In this document: positions 38,471 through 53,238 of the stretch, piece by piece
Layout: each line of letters starts with the position of its first letter
Position numbering within the stretch: position 1 is the first letter of the stretch
Source: Camelus ferus
Taxonomy: Eukaryota
Direction: 5' to 3'
DNA length: 64,000 nt
Assembly (NCBI RefSeq): GCF_009834535.1
Contig: NC_045696.1
Location: 50,160,001 to 50,224,000 of the forward strand
Notes under the pieces: model-generated
What the model saw: only the letters and a program-made list of their open reading frames with translations
Database searches by the model: none
Told to the model about the DNA's origin: nothing
Made by a program: the position numbers and the translations under genes

Positions 38471-40573
38471 TACTGTCGGAGAATAGGTTCTTGCCTCACA
38501 CAGAAAAGAATTCAAGAGCAAGACATAGTAAAGTGAAAGCAAGTTTATTTAGAAAGATACACACTCCATAGACAGAGTCCAGTCTGTCTCACTCAGAAGG
38601 GAAAACAGCCTAGGAGATGCACGTTGGATAGCAGAATGCAGGCCATCCCAGAAAGGTGAGAGGGAGACCGAGACGTGTCGGGTATTTAATTTAAAGTAAA
38701 GGCACTGCTACAAAAACAGACATATGGACCAATGGAACAGAATAGAGAGCCCAGAATTTAAATGAACCCACAAACTTTTGGTCAAATAATCTTCGACAAA
38801 GGAGGCAAGAATATACAATGGACTAAAGACAGTCTCTTCAGCAAATGGTGTTGGGAAAACTGGACAGCAGCATGTAAATCAATGAAGCTAGAACACTCCC
38901 TTATACCATATACAAAAATAAACTCAAAATTGATCAAAGACTTCAACATAAGGCAAGATACAATAAACCTCCTAGAAGAAAACATAGGCAAAACATTATC
39001 TAATATACATCTCAAAAATGTTCTCCTAGGGCAGTCTACTCAAGCAATAGAAATAAAAGCAAGAATAAACAAATGGGACCTACTTAAACTTACAAGCTTT
39101 TGCACAGCAAAGGAAACCATAAGCAAAACAAAACGACAACCTACAGAATGGGAGAAAATTTTTGTAAAAGATGAAACTGACAAATGCTCTCCAGAGTATA
39201 CAAGCAGCTCATACGACTTAATAAGAAAGAAACAAACCACTCAATCCAAAAATGGGCAGAAGACCTAAACAAGCAATTTTCCAAGGAAGAAATACAAATG
39301 ATCAATAGGCACATGAAAAAATGCTCAGTATCACTAATTATTAGAGAAATGCAAATCAAAACTACAATGAGGTATCACCTCACACCAGCCAGAATGGCCA
39401 TCATTCAAAAGTCCACAAATGACAAATGCTGGAGAGGCTGTGGAGAAAAGGGAACCCTCCAACACTGCTGGTGGGAATGCAGTTTGGTGCAGCCACTATG
39501 GAAAACAGTATGGAGAATCCTCAAAAGACTAGGAATAGACTTACCGTATGACCCAGGAATCCCGCTCCTGGGCATATATCCAGAAGGAGCCCTACTTCAA
39601 AAAGACAACCTGCACCCCAATGTTCATACCAGCACTATTTACAGTAGCCAAGACATGGAAACAACCTAAATGTCCATCAACAGATGACTAGATAAAGAAG
39701 ATGTGGTATATTTACACAATGGAATACTATTCAGCCATAAAAATGACAACATAATGCCATTTGCAGCAACATGGATGTCTCTGGAGAGTGTCATTCTAAG
39801 TGAAGTAAGCCAGAAAGAGAAAGAAAAATACCATATGAGATCACTCATATGTGAAATCTAAAAAAAAAAAAAAAAAAAAGAACATAAATATAAAACAGAA
39901 ACAGACTCATAGACATAGAATACAAACTTGTGGTTACCAGTAGGGAGGGGGGTAGGAAGGGAGGACAGACTGGGAATTCGAAATTTGTAGATACTGACAG
40001 GCATATGTAGAATAGATAAACTAAGATTATACTGTATAGCACAGGGAAATATATACAAGATCTTGTGGTAGCTCACAGTGAAAAATAATGTGACAATGAA
40101 TACATGTATGTTCATGTATAACTGAAAAATTGTGCTCTACACTGGAAATTGACACAACATTATTAACTGACTATAACTCAATAAAACAACAACAATAACA
40201 ACAAAAGTAAAGGTAGATACACCCTCCACAGACAAAGTGCAGTCCTTCTCAGAAGGCAAGAAAGCAAGACCATGAGGTGAGGAGTTAGTTTTTATGGGCT
40301 CAGTAATTTCATATGCTAATGAGTAGGAGGATTATTCCAACTACTTTGGGGAAGGGGCAGGGATTTCCAGGAATCAGCACACCCCTGACCACTTTTTGAC
40401 CTTTTATGGTCAGCCTAGGAACTGTCATGACACCTATGGGTGTGCCACAAGGCTCAAGGTCTACTGGAAGTCTGATCTTCCACCATCTTGGTTCTAACCA
40501 GTTTGTGTTGTATCCTCAATTGCTGTGTGATTCCTTCAAATGCTTATGCCCTGCCCCCTTTCCTCTTATCTCA
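38471..40573 (-). mobile_element. ERV LTR split in two (38471-38702 and 40204-40573) by an L1 insertion
   Basis: LTR-like text on both sides of the L1 (agaaaagaattcaagagcaagacatag...agcaagtttattt; ccactttttgaccttttatggtcagcct). Candidate 4-bp TSD AGCC at 38467-38470 and 40574-40577. Confidence 0.6.
38703..40203 (+). mobile_element. Young camelid-type LINE-1, 5'-truncated (ORF2 C-terminus, 3' UTR and tail)
   Basis: ORFs 38762-39268 and 39184-39669 are L1 ORF2p C-terminal sequence ([49 protein letters not shown]). 10-bp TSD aaagtaaagg at 38693-38702 and 40204-40213. Confidence 0.95.
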
Positions 40574-41199
40574 AGCCCACTTAATTGTAAGGGAGATGGG
40601 AAGCAGATTTTCATATCCAGGAAGGGAAAACATTAAAATAAATGTTGATGAACACAAAGCATGGTCTCTGCTACACTAACTTCATAAACCTGACAATTTA
40701 AGTAACCTTTCTTAGTTATCTCATTCAGAAAGGGGAGATAATTAAATCTACATAATAGGGTTTCTAAAAGAATAAAAATGAATGCACATGTGTAAAGTTC
40801 ACTGCACAATAATGGGGACTCAGTGATGCTGGATTCTTTTTCTTCACTAGAAAGGGGATTGTGCAGCAAACTTGCCGCAACACAACAGACTCATGGAACA
40901 GAAGGTTAAACCATGTCTCAGACTACCATAAATCTGATCTAATTCCCTGCTTTTAATTATTTTTCCTCCAACAACTCCTCACCTTTATGTAATTTTTAAG
41001 ATGGAGCTTTTGTTGTTTCTACTGGCAGACATGGGTAATTAGTCATAATTATCCCAACCATTACCTCTAATCATTAGTAACTATATAGAGAAAGCTTTAA
41101 TACAAAATTATAATAAAGTCAGAGTTCTAAAATATCGGTGTTTTTTTCCCTCTTTTCCAAACAACAAAATAGAAAAATGTCATTTGTAATTGTGTAAAA

Positions 41200-42365
41200 A
41201 CCAAATGTTGTAATAAATTTGAGCTGTTTGAAACATCTACACTAGATACTACAAAGTACTGCTGAGTTAAATAAAAGAAAACCTAAAAAAATGAAGAGCT
41301 ATACCATATTCATGGAGTAGAAGACTCAATATTGTTAAGATGTCAATTCCCTCCAAATTTATCTATAGATTCAACGCTCCCAATAAAAATTCCAACAGGA
41401 TTTTTATTGTAGAAACTGACAAGCTTATTTATAAATTCATATGAAAATTCAAAGGACCTAGAATAACCAAGTTATTGAGGAAAAAGAAGAAAAACATTGG
41501 AGGACATACACTACCTGATTTCAAGTCTTCTATATATCTGTATCAATCAAGACCAGGTGTATTGGCATAAAGATTGACAAGTAGATTAAAGAACAGAAGA
41601 GAAAATCCACAAACAGATTTATACTTTTAAGATAATCTGATATTCAACAAAGATGTCAAAGCAATCTAATGGAGAAAGTAAAGTCTTTTCAACAAATGGG
41701 GATGGAAGCTGAATATGGACCAGTTTCTCATTTACACAGACCAAAGTATAAATACAATAGCTAAAATCATACAGTCTTTAGAAGTAAAATAGAATATAGA
41801 TTCATGATTTAAAGGTAGAAAGGTTTTTTAAACAGGATACAGAAAGTAACAGAAAAGAAGAAACTGAAAAATTAGACCTCATCAAACCTAAAAAGCCTAT
41901 TCCTCAAAAGACAAAATTAAGAAAATAAATAGGCAAACCACTAGAAGCAAATATCTGCAAAACATATTCCAAAGGTCCAGTATGCAGAATATACAAAGAA
42001 CGGCAAACTAAAAAAAGGTTTAAAGACAAATAGCCCAATAAATATGGGCAAAATATCTAGACACTTCGTAAAAGAATACATATTAAATGGCCAGTAAGCA
42101 TGTAGAGAAAAAAAGTGTTCATCATTATTAGTCATCAACACTAAAGGCACTAGAATGGCTAAAATGAAAGATTGACAACATCAAATATTGGTGGGGTTTG
42201 GAGCAACTAGAACTCTCATGCATTCTTGGTGGAATGTAAAATAGTATATACTATGTTAGAAAAAGATCTGACGAGTTTTTGTTTGATTGTTTTTGAATAA
42301 AACTACACATAAACCTACCTTATGATCCAACAATTCTACCCCTATGAATTTACCCAAAAAATAAA
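41200..42365 (+). mobile_element. Old LINE-1 ORF2 3' fragment
   Basis: tagaagactcaatattgttaagatgtcaattc...ggaggacatacactacctgatttcaag...ttatgatccaacaattctac. Confidence 0.85.
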
Positions 42366-42369
42366 AACC

Positions 42370-45300
42370 GGTAATGTCAGTAAAATGGTAGACTAGGAGG
42401 ATCCAATGCTTGTCCCCCAAACAAAAAACAAAGAATAAACAACTACATACTGATGGAAACAGCTCTGGGAGAACTCCAGTGTACCCTAAAGTCACTGCAG
42501 AAATCCCGAGGAGTACAAAAACCAAAGGTGGTGCATAGAAAGGTATAGAAAGCATACATATGTCATCTCGTCCCCCAGTCTGGCACAGCTTATGGCCACG
42601 AGGGATAAATGTGATTGCCTCCTACGAGGAAAAAAGAGAACCAAAGGATCTCAGCAGCCTTCATCAGTGCTGAGGGCACCATGGCTTTTGCCACCAAGAA
42701 CCCCTACAGTCTACACTTATGCTGAAACCAGCCGACAGAATTGCCCGGAGTCACCACTGCTGTCTCCTACCCCCTGCTAGGCTCAGAGCAGCAGCTGCAT
42801 CCTCACACCAAGGGCCAGAGCTGCCTCTGTGCAATGCTGCTCCCTCTCCAGAGCAGAGCCACCTGTGTACACTGCTGGATCCCCAGCCCCCAGTTCCAGA
42901 GTTGACAGCCCTCTCCCACAACCACGTACACACCCTGGGCCCTGTCTCTGTAACTGCCCCACATGAGCCTGCGCCTTAGACTTCTGCTGCACCACTGCTG
43001 CAGCAAGTGCACATCCACTCTGGACCCACACCAAGAGGTAGCCTCTTAGCTGTGACTTGCTCAAATGAAATGAAAACATGGTAAACAGCAACATAAACAT
43101 TTATGTGAAAGCATAAGTATCACAGATAAAGACACATATACAGACACATGCAGATTAACACAGTAAAGGTGATGTGTAAGTTATTTTTAATCCTGATATA
43201 AAATTTAATAGATATAAATTTGTTCATGGCTACACAATATAAAAGAACATCAACTGTCTACAAGAACATGAAGTGTTGAGATGGGAACAATAAAAGGACA
43301 GTATTTTGTACAAAACTGAAATTGTGTTATCAATTTAAAATAGAAGGTTTTAATTACAAGATATTTTGTGCAAGCCTCAAGCTAACCAACAAAAAAACTT
43401 ATAACAGATACACAAAAGATGAAGTAGAAAAAAACAAACAAAATCACTATAAAAAATCATGAGATGAGAAAGGAAGAGAGCAAGAGAGGAAGGAAGGGAC
43501 AAAACAAGTGAAAAACAGAAAACATTTAGCAAAATGTCAATGTTAAGTCATCATTTATCAATAATTTAACTTAAAATATTTAAAGTCACCAATAAAAAGG
43601 CACAAAGTGGCCACATGTAAACCAAGATCCATCAACATACTGTCTACAAGAGACTTGCTTTTGAATTAAAGATAAACATAGACTGAAAGTGAAGCAAGAG
43701 AAAAAGATATTTCACACAAATCATAACTTAAAAGAGCACAGGGATAGCTATACTCATATCAGATAAAATATACTTTAAGTCTAAAACTGTCTCTAGAGAC
43801 ATTATATAATAATAAAAGGATAAATTCAACTGGAAGATATAACAATTATATACATAACACAACTCAACATCAGAGCATCTCAAGATATAAAGCAAATACT
43901 GACAGACCTGAAAGGCAGAAAGTGACAGCAGTAAAATAATAGTGGGGAACTTCAATACCCTGCTTACAATAATGGACAGAACATCCACCCAGAAAATCAA
44001 TCAAGAAACAATTGACTTGAACACTATAGATCAAATGAAAGTTCATTTACATAACTTTCCACATATCAGCAGAAGAATACACATCCTTCTCAAGTGCACA
44101 TGGAACACATTCCCCAGGAGAGGTCACGTTAGGTCACAAGACAAGTCAACAAATTTAAGAAGACTTCAACTACTCCAAGTATCTTTTATAACCACATGGA
44201 ATGAAACTAGATCAATAACAGCAAGAAAACTGGAAAATTCACAAATACATGGAAATTAAACAACACGCTCTACTGGGTCAAAGAGAAAATCAGAAGAAAA
44301 AATTTTAAATACCTCCAGACGATCAACATGCCCCAAACTATGGGATACAGGAAAAGCAGTAATAAGAAGGAATTTCATAGTGATAAATAGCTACAGTAAA
44401 AAGAAGAAAGAGCCCAAACAAAGAATCTAACTTTATATCTCAAGGAACTAGAAAAAAGAAGAACTAAGCCCAAATTTAGCAAAAGGAAGGAAATAACAAA
44501 GATGAGAACAGGAAAAAAAAAAACGATATAGAGACTATAAAGACAATAGCAAAGATCAAAGACACTTTAGCTAGACTAAGACTAAAAGAGAGAAAACATA
44601 AAATCAGAAATAAAAGAGACACTACAACTGATAATAAAGGAATGCTAAGGATCACAAGAAACTACTATGAATGATTATGTGCCAACAAATTAGACAAACT
44701 AGAAGAAATGAATGAATTACTAGAAATACACAACCTACCAAGATTGAACCAAAAAGAAACAGAAAATCTGAACAGATCAATAATGAAAAAAGAGACTAAA
44801 TCAATAGTCAAAATTTCCCAACAAAGAAAAATCCAGGACTGTCTGGCTTCACTAGTTAATTTCACCAGACATTTAAAGAATTAATATCAATCCTTCTCAA
44901 AGTCTTCCAAAAATTGAAGAGGAAGGAATGCTTCTCAACTCAACAATATCCTAGTATCAAAACTGATGAACACAGATGCAAAAATCCTCAACAAAGTATT
45001 AGCAAACCAGTTTCAACAATACATTAAAAGGATCATATACCATGATCAAGTGGGATTTATCTTTGGGATGCAAAGATGGTTCAACATACGCAAATCAATA
45101 AATATGTTAACAAAATGAAGGATAAAAAATCATGATCATCCTAATATATGCCTCATCCCAATATATTTCATCAAAGCATTTGGTGAAATTCAACATCCTT
45201 TCATGATAAAAACTCTCAACAAATTAGGTACAGATGGAACATAGTAAAGGCCATATATTATAAGCACACAGCTAAGATCATACTCAATGGCAAAAAGGCT

Positions 45301-46362
45301 GAAAGTTTTTCCTCTAAGATCAGGAAAAAGAAAGGATACTCATTCTCATCACTCAAACAATTCAACAGCAAACACCAAAACCAAAAACATAACCCAATTA
45401 AACAATAGGCAAAGACTCAAATGGACATTTTTCCAAAGACATCCAAATGGCTAACAGGTACATGAATAGATGGTCAACATTACTAATAATCAAGGAAATG
45501 CAAATCAGAGCCACAATGAGATATTACCTCACCTGCAGGATGGCTGTTATCAAAAAGACCAGAGATAGCAATTGATGGTGAGGATATGGAGAAAAGGAAA
45601 CCCTTGTACACTGTTAGGGTATGTAAACTGGTACAGCCACTACAGAAAATGGTATGGAGGTTCCTCAAGAAATTAAATAGAACTACCGTAAGATTCAAAA
45701 ATCCCATTTTTGGGTATGTATTCAAAGGAAATAAAATCATTCTCTCAAGGAGATATCTGTACTCCCATGTTTGCTGCAGCATTACTCACAATAGCCAAGA
45801 TTTTGAAACAACCTAAGTGTACTCTGCAGGATGAATGAGTAAAGGAAATGTGGTGTATATTATATAGTAGAATATTATTCAGCCTTTTTTAAAAAAAGAA
45901 ATGCTCTCATTTTTGACAACATGGATTAATCAGGAGGGCATTTCACCAAGCAAAATAAGCCAGATAGATAGAACAAATACCTCATTAGCATTTACATGTG
46001 GAATCTTAAAAAGAAGTCAAACTCATAGAAATAAAAAGTAGCATGGTGGTTGCCATGGGCTGGGAGAAAGGGGAGAGGCTGTTGAAAGGGCATATAAACT
46101 TTCAGTTATAAAATGAGTAGGGTATGAGGACCTAAGTATAGCATGGTGACTATAGTTGATCACAGTGTATTGTACATTTGAAATTTAGGTAAGAAAATAA
46201 ATCTTAAGCATTCTTATCAAAAAAAAATGTAAATATGTGATGTGATGAATGTTATTTCAATCGTGAGAATTCTTTACAAATTATTCATGTATCAAATAAT
46301 CACACTGTATACTTTAAATACATTATAATTTGATCAGTTATACCTCAATAAAACAAAAAATT
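42370..46362 (+). mobile_element. LINE-1 (L1MA-like) with 5' UTR-like GC-rich part, decayed ORF2 with internal deletions, and 3' UTR
   Basis: Endonuclease remnant (GNFNTLLTIMDRTSTQKINQET), RT-region text (catgatcaagtgggatttat...gatgcaaagatggttcaacatacgcaaatcaataaat), and a 3' end with tatacctcaataaaac. Confidence 0.85.
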
Positions 46363-47096
46363 AATCCAATCCCCTCATTTTAGAAAGGTAGATATGAAGG
46401 TCAGGTAAGATGTTAGGAGACTGAAACTGCCACTAACAGCAAGCAAACACTGGGTAAACTAGATGCCTCATTGTCCTTCAAGAAATGAAGAGGGTACAAT
46501 CTCAAAATTAAAGAACGTTCACCAATGTCACCACCTCCTTCCCCCATTAAAATAAAAAATATCAAGAGAAAGCAGAAGTAATTTTTGATAACTCGTCATC
46601 TCTAGAATGCTTAAATTCTTACTCTTGTGCTAGTCCACTGCCCTCTGCTGGCGTGATCACTATGAACTCAAAACTAGAAGTTCTAGAGTGGTAGCAATTG
46701 TAATCATATAATCATCAATCTCCTACATTAAAATTATGTGAGTTGCTAGTTTAATACACAGAATCCCAGGCACCAGGATGTGTCACGGAAGCAGAGATAA
46801 CAGGATGTGTTGCTGAGAGATGGGATATGTATCAGTGGGGCAGGTTTTGTCTCAGCAACTGGGTGGGTGGTAGTGACGCCAACTGAGATGAGTAGGACTG
46901 GAAGAAGTAAATGGGTTTTTATTCTAGGCAGTTCAGTTCTGATAGTTGCTGTTTGGCAGTGAATAAAAAAAAAAAAAAGAGTTTCGGTTTAGACATGTTA
47001 TATTTGAGATGTCAGGATAACATAATAAAAATGGAAAATGGAGGCACAAAGGAAATAACTGAGACTTTTAAAAAATGTTATCTAATCTATATAACT

Positions 47097-47310
47097 TTTT
47101 GCGCGCGCGGGGTAGGGGGTAATTAGTTTTATCTATTTAATGGCAGTACTGGAGACTAAACCCAGGACCTCGTGCTATACCCTGAGCTATGCCCTCCCCC
47201 ACCTTTTTACTTTTTTGTTTTGTTTTGTTTTGAATGGAGGTATGGGGGATTGAACCTGGGACCTCATGCATGTTAATAATGCACACTACCACTGAGCTAT
47301 TTCCCTCCCT
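47097..47310 (-). mobile_element. Two tandem vic-1-like tRNA-derived SINEs (about 47097-47200 and 47203-47310)
   Basis: Two successive ...ctgagctat(g/t)ccctccc heads, with gggattgaacctgggacctc B-box-like text and T-rich tails. Confidence 0.75.
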
Positions 47311-47517
47311 GGAAATAACTGAAATTTTAAAAATTTAGAACAATGTTTAAGATCTATCCATGTTGTCTTATGTGTATTTATTATGTATCGAATTGCCATA
47401 CAGTACCTGATATCCGGACCAATGATAAACACCCAGACCAACGATAAAACACCCAGACTGCTTCCAACTCCTGTCATCACAAACAAAACAGCAATGAGCA
47501 TCCTCCTATATATTCCC

Positions 47518-48036
47518 TGTAATAGAGTAATAAATATATATATTGGTCTCTGTCCTCGGTTCCTGACACAGGGCTCCTAAAACCCTTGTAAGTTCTTACG
47601 TGATAAGAGTACTAAGAACATCTTTTTCTCTGTCAAGGTGACTCTGGGTGGGCTCTTAGATCAGGGCTTTTAATGAGAAAGACCAAGCCATGATTAGAAG
47701 CTTAGAATTTTCAGCCCTACCTCCCCATTATCCAGATAGGGGACAGGCGCTAGAAACAATAATCAATCATGCCCAAGTGAGGAAGCCCCCACAAAATCCC
47801 AATAACATGATGTTTGCAGAGCTTTCAGGTTGGCAAACACATCACTCTGGGAAGCTGATGCACCTCAAATTCACAGCAAAAGTAGCTCCTGCACCCAGGA
47901 AACTTCCCCAGACCTCACCCTTCATCTAGCTGTTCATCTGTATTCTTCATCATTTCCTTTAATAAACTGGTAAATGTTAAGTGTTTCTCTGAGTTCTGTG
48001 AGCCACTCTAGCAAACTAATTGAATCTGAGGTGACA
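47518..48036. mobile_element. ERV LTR (MER21-like)
   Basis: tgtaata...ggttcctgacacagggctcctaaaacccttg...gaaagaccaagccatgattagaagcttagaa...gtgtttctctgagttctgtgagccactctagcaaa. Confidence 0.75.
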
Positions 48037-48319
48037 TACTTAATTTACCAGGTATCAACAGACTCCTCTCTAAAATGCTGTGCCAGTCTACATTCCACCA
48101 GCAGTGCATGATGGTTCCTCTACCTTCACCTTTTTGAATGCTTACCGTTATCTAACCACGTTTCCCAAATGAACAGGTATAAAGCAGCACCATTGTTTTA
48201 ATTAACACCTCTCTGGTAAGTTTGAGTTTCTTAACACACTTGTTAGCTTTTTACATTTCTTCTACAAATTGCCTGTTCATATTTCATCTTTTTTTTTTTT
48301 TAAATTGGGATTCCTGGCT

Positions 48320-48845
48320 ATGGTATTGAGCCTACAAGATAATCCATTAATGATCCTTCCTTCATTCACACCTTTTTGTGAATGTGTCCTTCCTACACTA
48401 TACAGGGCTCACCTGTGTAATTAGTAAGGATACTGAAAAATTACAGCACGTGAATTGAGACTAGGTCATAATAGGTACTGTGGCTTCTGCCTTATTCTCT
48501 TAGATGACTTATTCTAGGAGAGGCTGCCGTCACGTCCTGGGGAAACTCAAGAAGTTTTATGAAGAGATCCACAAGGGGAAAAAGAGCCACCAGCCGGCAC
48601 CAACTTGCCAGACATTCGGCAGGTGAATGAGACATCTTAAACTGGACCTTCCAGCTCCAGGTAAGCCTTCAGATACGCAGCTGTCGCCAACACGCTGACT
48701 GCAACATCATGAAACCCCTGACACAGAAATACATGGCTAAGCCACTCCCAAATTTCTGACCCATAGAGGCTGTGAGAGTTAAGTGCTTACTGTTTTAACC
48801 CACTACATTTGTGGGTAATTTGTTATATAAGCAATATACTAACAC
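48320..48845 (+). mobile_element. MaLR LTR (MLT1-like)
   Basis: ccagccggcaccaacttgccag...gctaagccactcccaaatttctgaccca...gggtaatttgttat. Confidence 0.7.
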
Positions 48846-50199
48846 CCTGGAGTTTTTTTGTTTTGATTTCTAGGACTTTCCTATATAGTCCAAAAAGATA
48901 AGAGTCCCCTGTCAGTTTTAGATTTTTATTAACATCCTCTCCCAAACTACTATTTTTCTATTAAATATGCCTATAGTTTTTTTCTGAAAATAAATTCATA
49001 ATTTTGGTATAATAAAATTCATCTTTTTTTTCCTGCCACATAGCCCATGTTGGGGGACTGCTATTTAAGAAGCCCTTCTGTATCACAAGATATTTTCCTA
49101 CATTTTCTTCTAGAAAGTTTTTAATTTTACCCTTCTCAAGTGTTTCTGGTTTACTTCTATACTCTAATTAGGGCAGATTTACCTCAATGCAGGCATATAT
49201 AATTTTTCACTCTTAAGATCTACCATATTCCTTTAAATTTTTGTTTGGAAGAAGGAAGAGTATAAATTATAAATACAAAGCATTCTGTAGCTTAATAAGT
49301 AACATTAAGCTTTATCCATTAATCGACTGACTAGAGTTCATGCACTTAAAACAGGAGTCCTTCTACAAGCCTACTATCCTTATTGACCTAATATTTTTAG
49401 AAGAATCTACACCTATCTTGCTTGGTTGTCTCTCCTTTTCCCCGAAACAGAAGTCCAAACCCTACACAATTAACTATACATTCTTCAAACAAGTGAGTTT
49501 TGCAGAGTGGTTTGGCAGCTCTCAGATTTACTTGAATTATTTTAAAAATACACTATTTTTTTCAGTTGTTAAGAGTGTAAACACCAACATTTTACAAGCG
49601 AATGCTTAGTACACTATCATCACAGTGTACTTCCAGGTTAAATCATTTATGTGAAGAGGTCAGAATAAGCATTCTTCCACCATTTGACTTAACTGAAGAA
49701 TATATCTTGAAACTGAATTGGTGTTTTCAAAAACAAACTTCTTCAGGATGTGGAGAGCTGGAAAAAGTGGTATTTTCACCCTTGCAACAAAAAAGAGCAA
49801 CACTAGCTTCAAATTTAAGACTTTATGTGAACTCATATGAGACCTAAGGTTGCAAGGGAAACAAATGGTCCAAAATTTTCTCCTTGGAAGAGGAGAGAAG
49901 ACACAAGCCCACCGCAGCTAGTGCAGCTGGAACAGCTGGCAAACAGGTGAAGACAGACTGCAGAATGGAAGAACAGTGTGAAATCGGTGGGGCTGAAGAC
50001 ACTGGCTGGCATCCTCTCACATGCTGCTGCCCCATGAACTCTACCTGGCACTCACAGAAAGAGCCCTAAGAAGTGACCGCTGTGGTGCAGACCTGGGGCG
50101 GGGGAACAGCAGCCAGACAGGAGGCAGGACGCCATCAGGATCTTTCCTCTCTATTTCTACTACAGGACAAAATTCCTTCAAAAATACACAAATTGTCCA

Positions 50200-52187
50200 A
50201 CCCTAGAAAAAACAGTCCTATATATAATACAGAAATTGAATCTATTTAAAACTTTCCCCAAAACCTCAAGGCCCAGATAGTGTCACTGGCAAATTCTAAT
50301 TCTACATAATATTGTCAAGAAAACATAAGAGAAGCAAACACATCCCAACTCATACTGAGGCTATCACTATTGTAAAATCAAAATCAGACAAAGACAACAG
50401 AAGAAAATCACTGCCAATATTCCTCATAGACACAGATATAAAACTCATCAATAAAATTTTAGCAAAGCGATTCTAGCAATACATGAAAATAATATGTGTC
50501 TCACCTGTGGAATGCAAGGCTGTCTCAATAACCAATGTAATTCATATTAACAGAATTTTTAAAAACCATGATTGTTTAAACAGATATAACAAATTTGACA
50601 AAATCCAACATTTATGATAGACTCTTAGCAAACTAGGAATATAACGGAGCTTTCTCGACCTGATAAAGAACATGTACAAAAAGCTACAGCTAACAGCCTA
50701 CTTAATGGTGAGAAACTGATCCAAAGATCAGGAACAGGCAAGGAGGTCCGCTCTCATCACTCCTACTCAACACTGTACTTGAAGTCCTATCCAGTTTAAT
50801 GATACAAGAAAACTGTAAGACACATAGATTGGAAAGAAAGAAAAATTGTCTATATTTGCAGATGATATGATTATCTATAGAGAAAATCTAAAAGGATCTA
50901 CAATAAACTACCAGATTAAAAATGAATTTAGCAACATTGTGGAATCATAAGATCAGTATATGAAGACCTAAATATAAGACCAGAAACCAGAAACCATAAC
51001 TCCTAGAAAAAAAAAAAAATAGGCAGAACACTCTTTGATATAAATTGTAGTAATATTTTTTGGATCTGTCTCCTCAAGTAAAGGAAACAAAAAGAAACAA
51101 ACGGAACCTAATTAAACTTGAAAGCTTTTGCACAGCAAAGGAAACTATCTACAAAGTGAAAAAAAAAAAAAAACTACTGAATAGGAGAAAATATTCACAA
51201 ATGATAAGACCAATAAGGGGTTAATATCCAAAATATATTAACAGCTCATATAACTCAATACCAAAAAACAGACCTGATTAAAAAATGGGCATAAGACCTG
51301 CATAGACACATTTACAGACATACAGATGGCCAACAGGCACATGAAAAGATGCTCAACATTGCTAGTCATCAGAGAAATGCAAATCAAATGCACAATGAAT
51401 ATCAACCCACACCTCTCCGAACGACCTTCATCAAAAAGAACACAAATAACAAATGTTAGCAAGGATGTGGAGAAAAGGGAACCCTTGTACACTGTTGGTG
51501 AGAATGTACATTGGTGCAGCCACTGTGGAAAACAGTATAGAGGTTCCTCAAAAAACATAAAAACAGAACTACCATATGATCAAGGAATTCCACTCCTGGG
51601 TATATATCTGAAGAAAATAAAAACACTAATTCAAAAAGACACACACACCTCAATGTTCACAGCAGCATTATTTACAATAGCCAAGATATGGAAGCAACCC
51701 AAGTGTCCATCAACAGATGAATGGATAAAGAAGATGTAGTATATGTGTACAATGGAATAATACTCAGCCATTAAAAAGAATGTAATTTTGCCATAGATGG
51801 ACCTGAAGGATATTATGCTTAGTGAAGTAAGTCAGATAGAGAAAGACAAATACTCTATGTTATCACTTACACATGGAATCTAAAAAATAAAACAATATAA
51901 CAAAATAGAAACAGATTCAGAGATACAGAAAATAATCTGTGGTTACCAGTGAGGTGAGAGAAGTGGGGAGGGACAAGACAGAGGTATAGGATTAAGAGGT
52001 ACAAACTACTATATGCAAAATAAATAAGCTACAAGGTATATTGTACAGCACAGAGAATATAGACTATATTTTAAATAACTATAAATGGAATATAATCTTT
52101 AGAAACTGTGATTCACTATGCTAAACACCTGAAACTAATACAATATCGTAAATCAACTATATTTCAATTTTTAAAAAAGAGGCAAGA
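50200..52187 (+). mobile_element. LINE-1 fragments: old ORF2 piece (to about 50960) followed by a younger ORF2 3' end and 3' UTR
   Basis: ORF 51326-51739 ([20 protein letters not shown]...[28 protein letters not shown]) is the L1 ORF2p C-terminus. The 3' UTR resembles that at 2530-2800. Confidence 0.88.
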
Positions 52188-52899
52188 TTGTGGAAAACAG
52201 TATGGAGATTCCTCAAAATACTAAAAACAGACTTACCGTATGACCCAGCAATCCCACTCCTGGGCATAATATCCAGAAGGATATATTGAAAAAACACCAG
52301 CACCCGAATGATCATAGCAGCACTATTTACAATAGCCAAGACATGGAAACAACCTAAATGTCCATCAACAGGTGACTGGATAAAGAAGTTGTAGTATATT
52401 AATACAATGGAATACTATTCAGCCACAAAAATAACAACATAATGCCATTTGCAGCAACATGGCTATCCCTGGAGAAAGTCATTCTAAGTGAAGTAAGCCT
52501 GAAAGAAAAGAAAAATACCATATAAGATCACTCATATGTGGAATCTCAAAAAATAAAAAAGACAAATGAACTTAAATATAAAACAGAAAAAGATTCATAG
52601 ACATAGAACACAAGCTTGTGGTTGCTGGGGGGTGGAGAGGGGTGGGAAGGGACAGACTGGGAGTTCGAGATTTGTAGTTACTGACAGGTATATATATAAT
52701 AGATAAACAAGATTATACTGTATAGCACAGGGAAATATATACAAGATCTTGTAGCTCATGGTGAAGAAGAGTATGAAAATGAATATATGTATATTCATGT
52801 ATGACTGAAAAATCATGCTATACACCAGAAATTGACACATTGTAAACTGACTATAACTCAATAAAGACAAATAAATAAAAAATAATAAAAATAAAAAAT
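52188..52899 (+). mobile_element. Young camelid-type L1 3' fragment inserted at the tail of the preceding L1
   Basis: Highly similar to 39500-40190. 12-bp TSD aaagaggcaaga at 52176-52187 and 52900-52911. Confidence 0.9.
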
Positions 52900-53238
52900 A
52901 AAGAGGCAAGAAAAAAATAAAATGCACAAACAGCAAAAAAAAAAAAAAAAACTATAGTTAATGGTATTTTATCAATGTTAATTGTTTCTTCGTTTTGATA
53001 AATGTATCATGTTTACATAGGATATTAACATTAGAGGAAGCCAAGTGAAAGATGTACAGTACTTAACAATTCTTCTGTATATCTAAAGTTATTTCAAAAT
53101 AAAAAGTTAGAAAAAAATGTATTATCACTTTCTACTACTTACGCAAATAAGACATTTAAAAATGCCATGAAATAAATATAAAAATAAACTGGATACAAGG
53201 CTTTTAAAATTGTCATCTATAATCTGAATTCCAATTCT

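Noticed and set aside
38762..39669. The two longest ORFs (168 aa and 161 aa) as a host gene
   Set aside because: They are frameshifted LINE-1 ORF2p C-terminal fragments inside a 5'-truncated L1 with a TSD.
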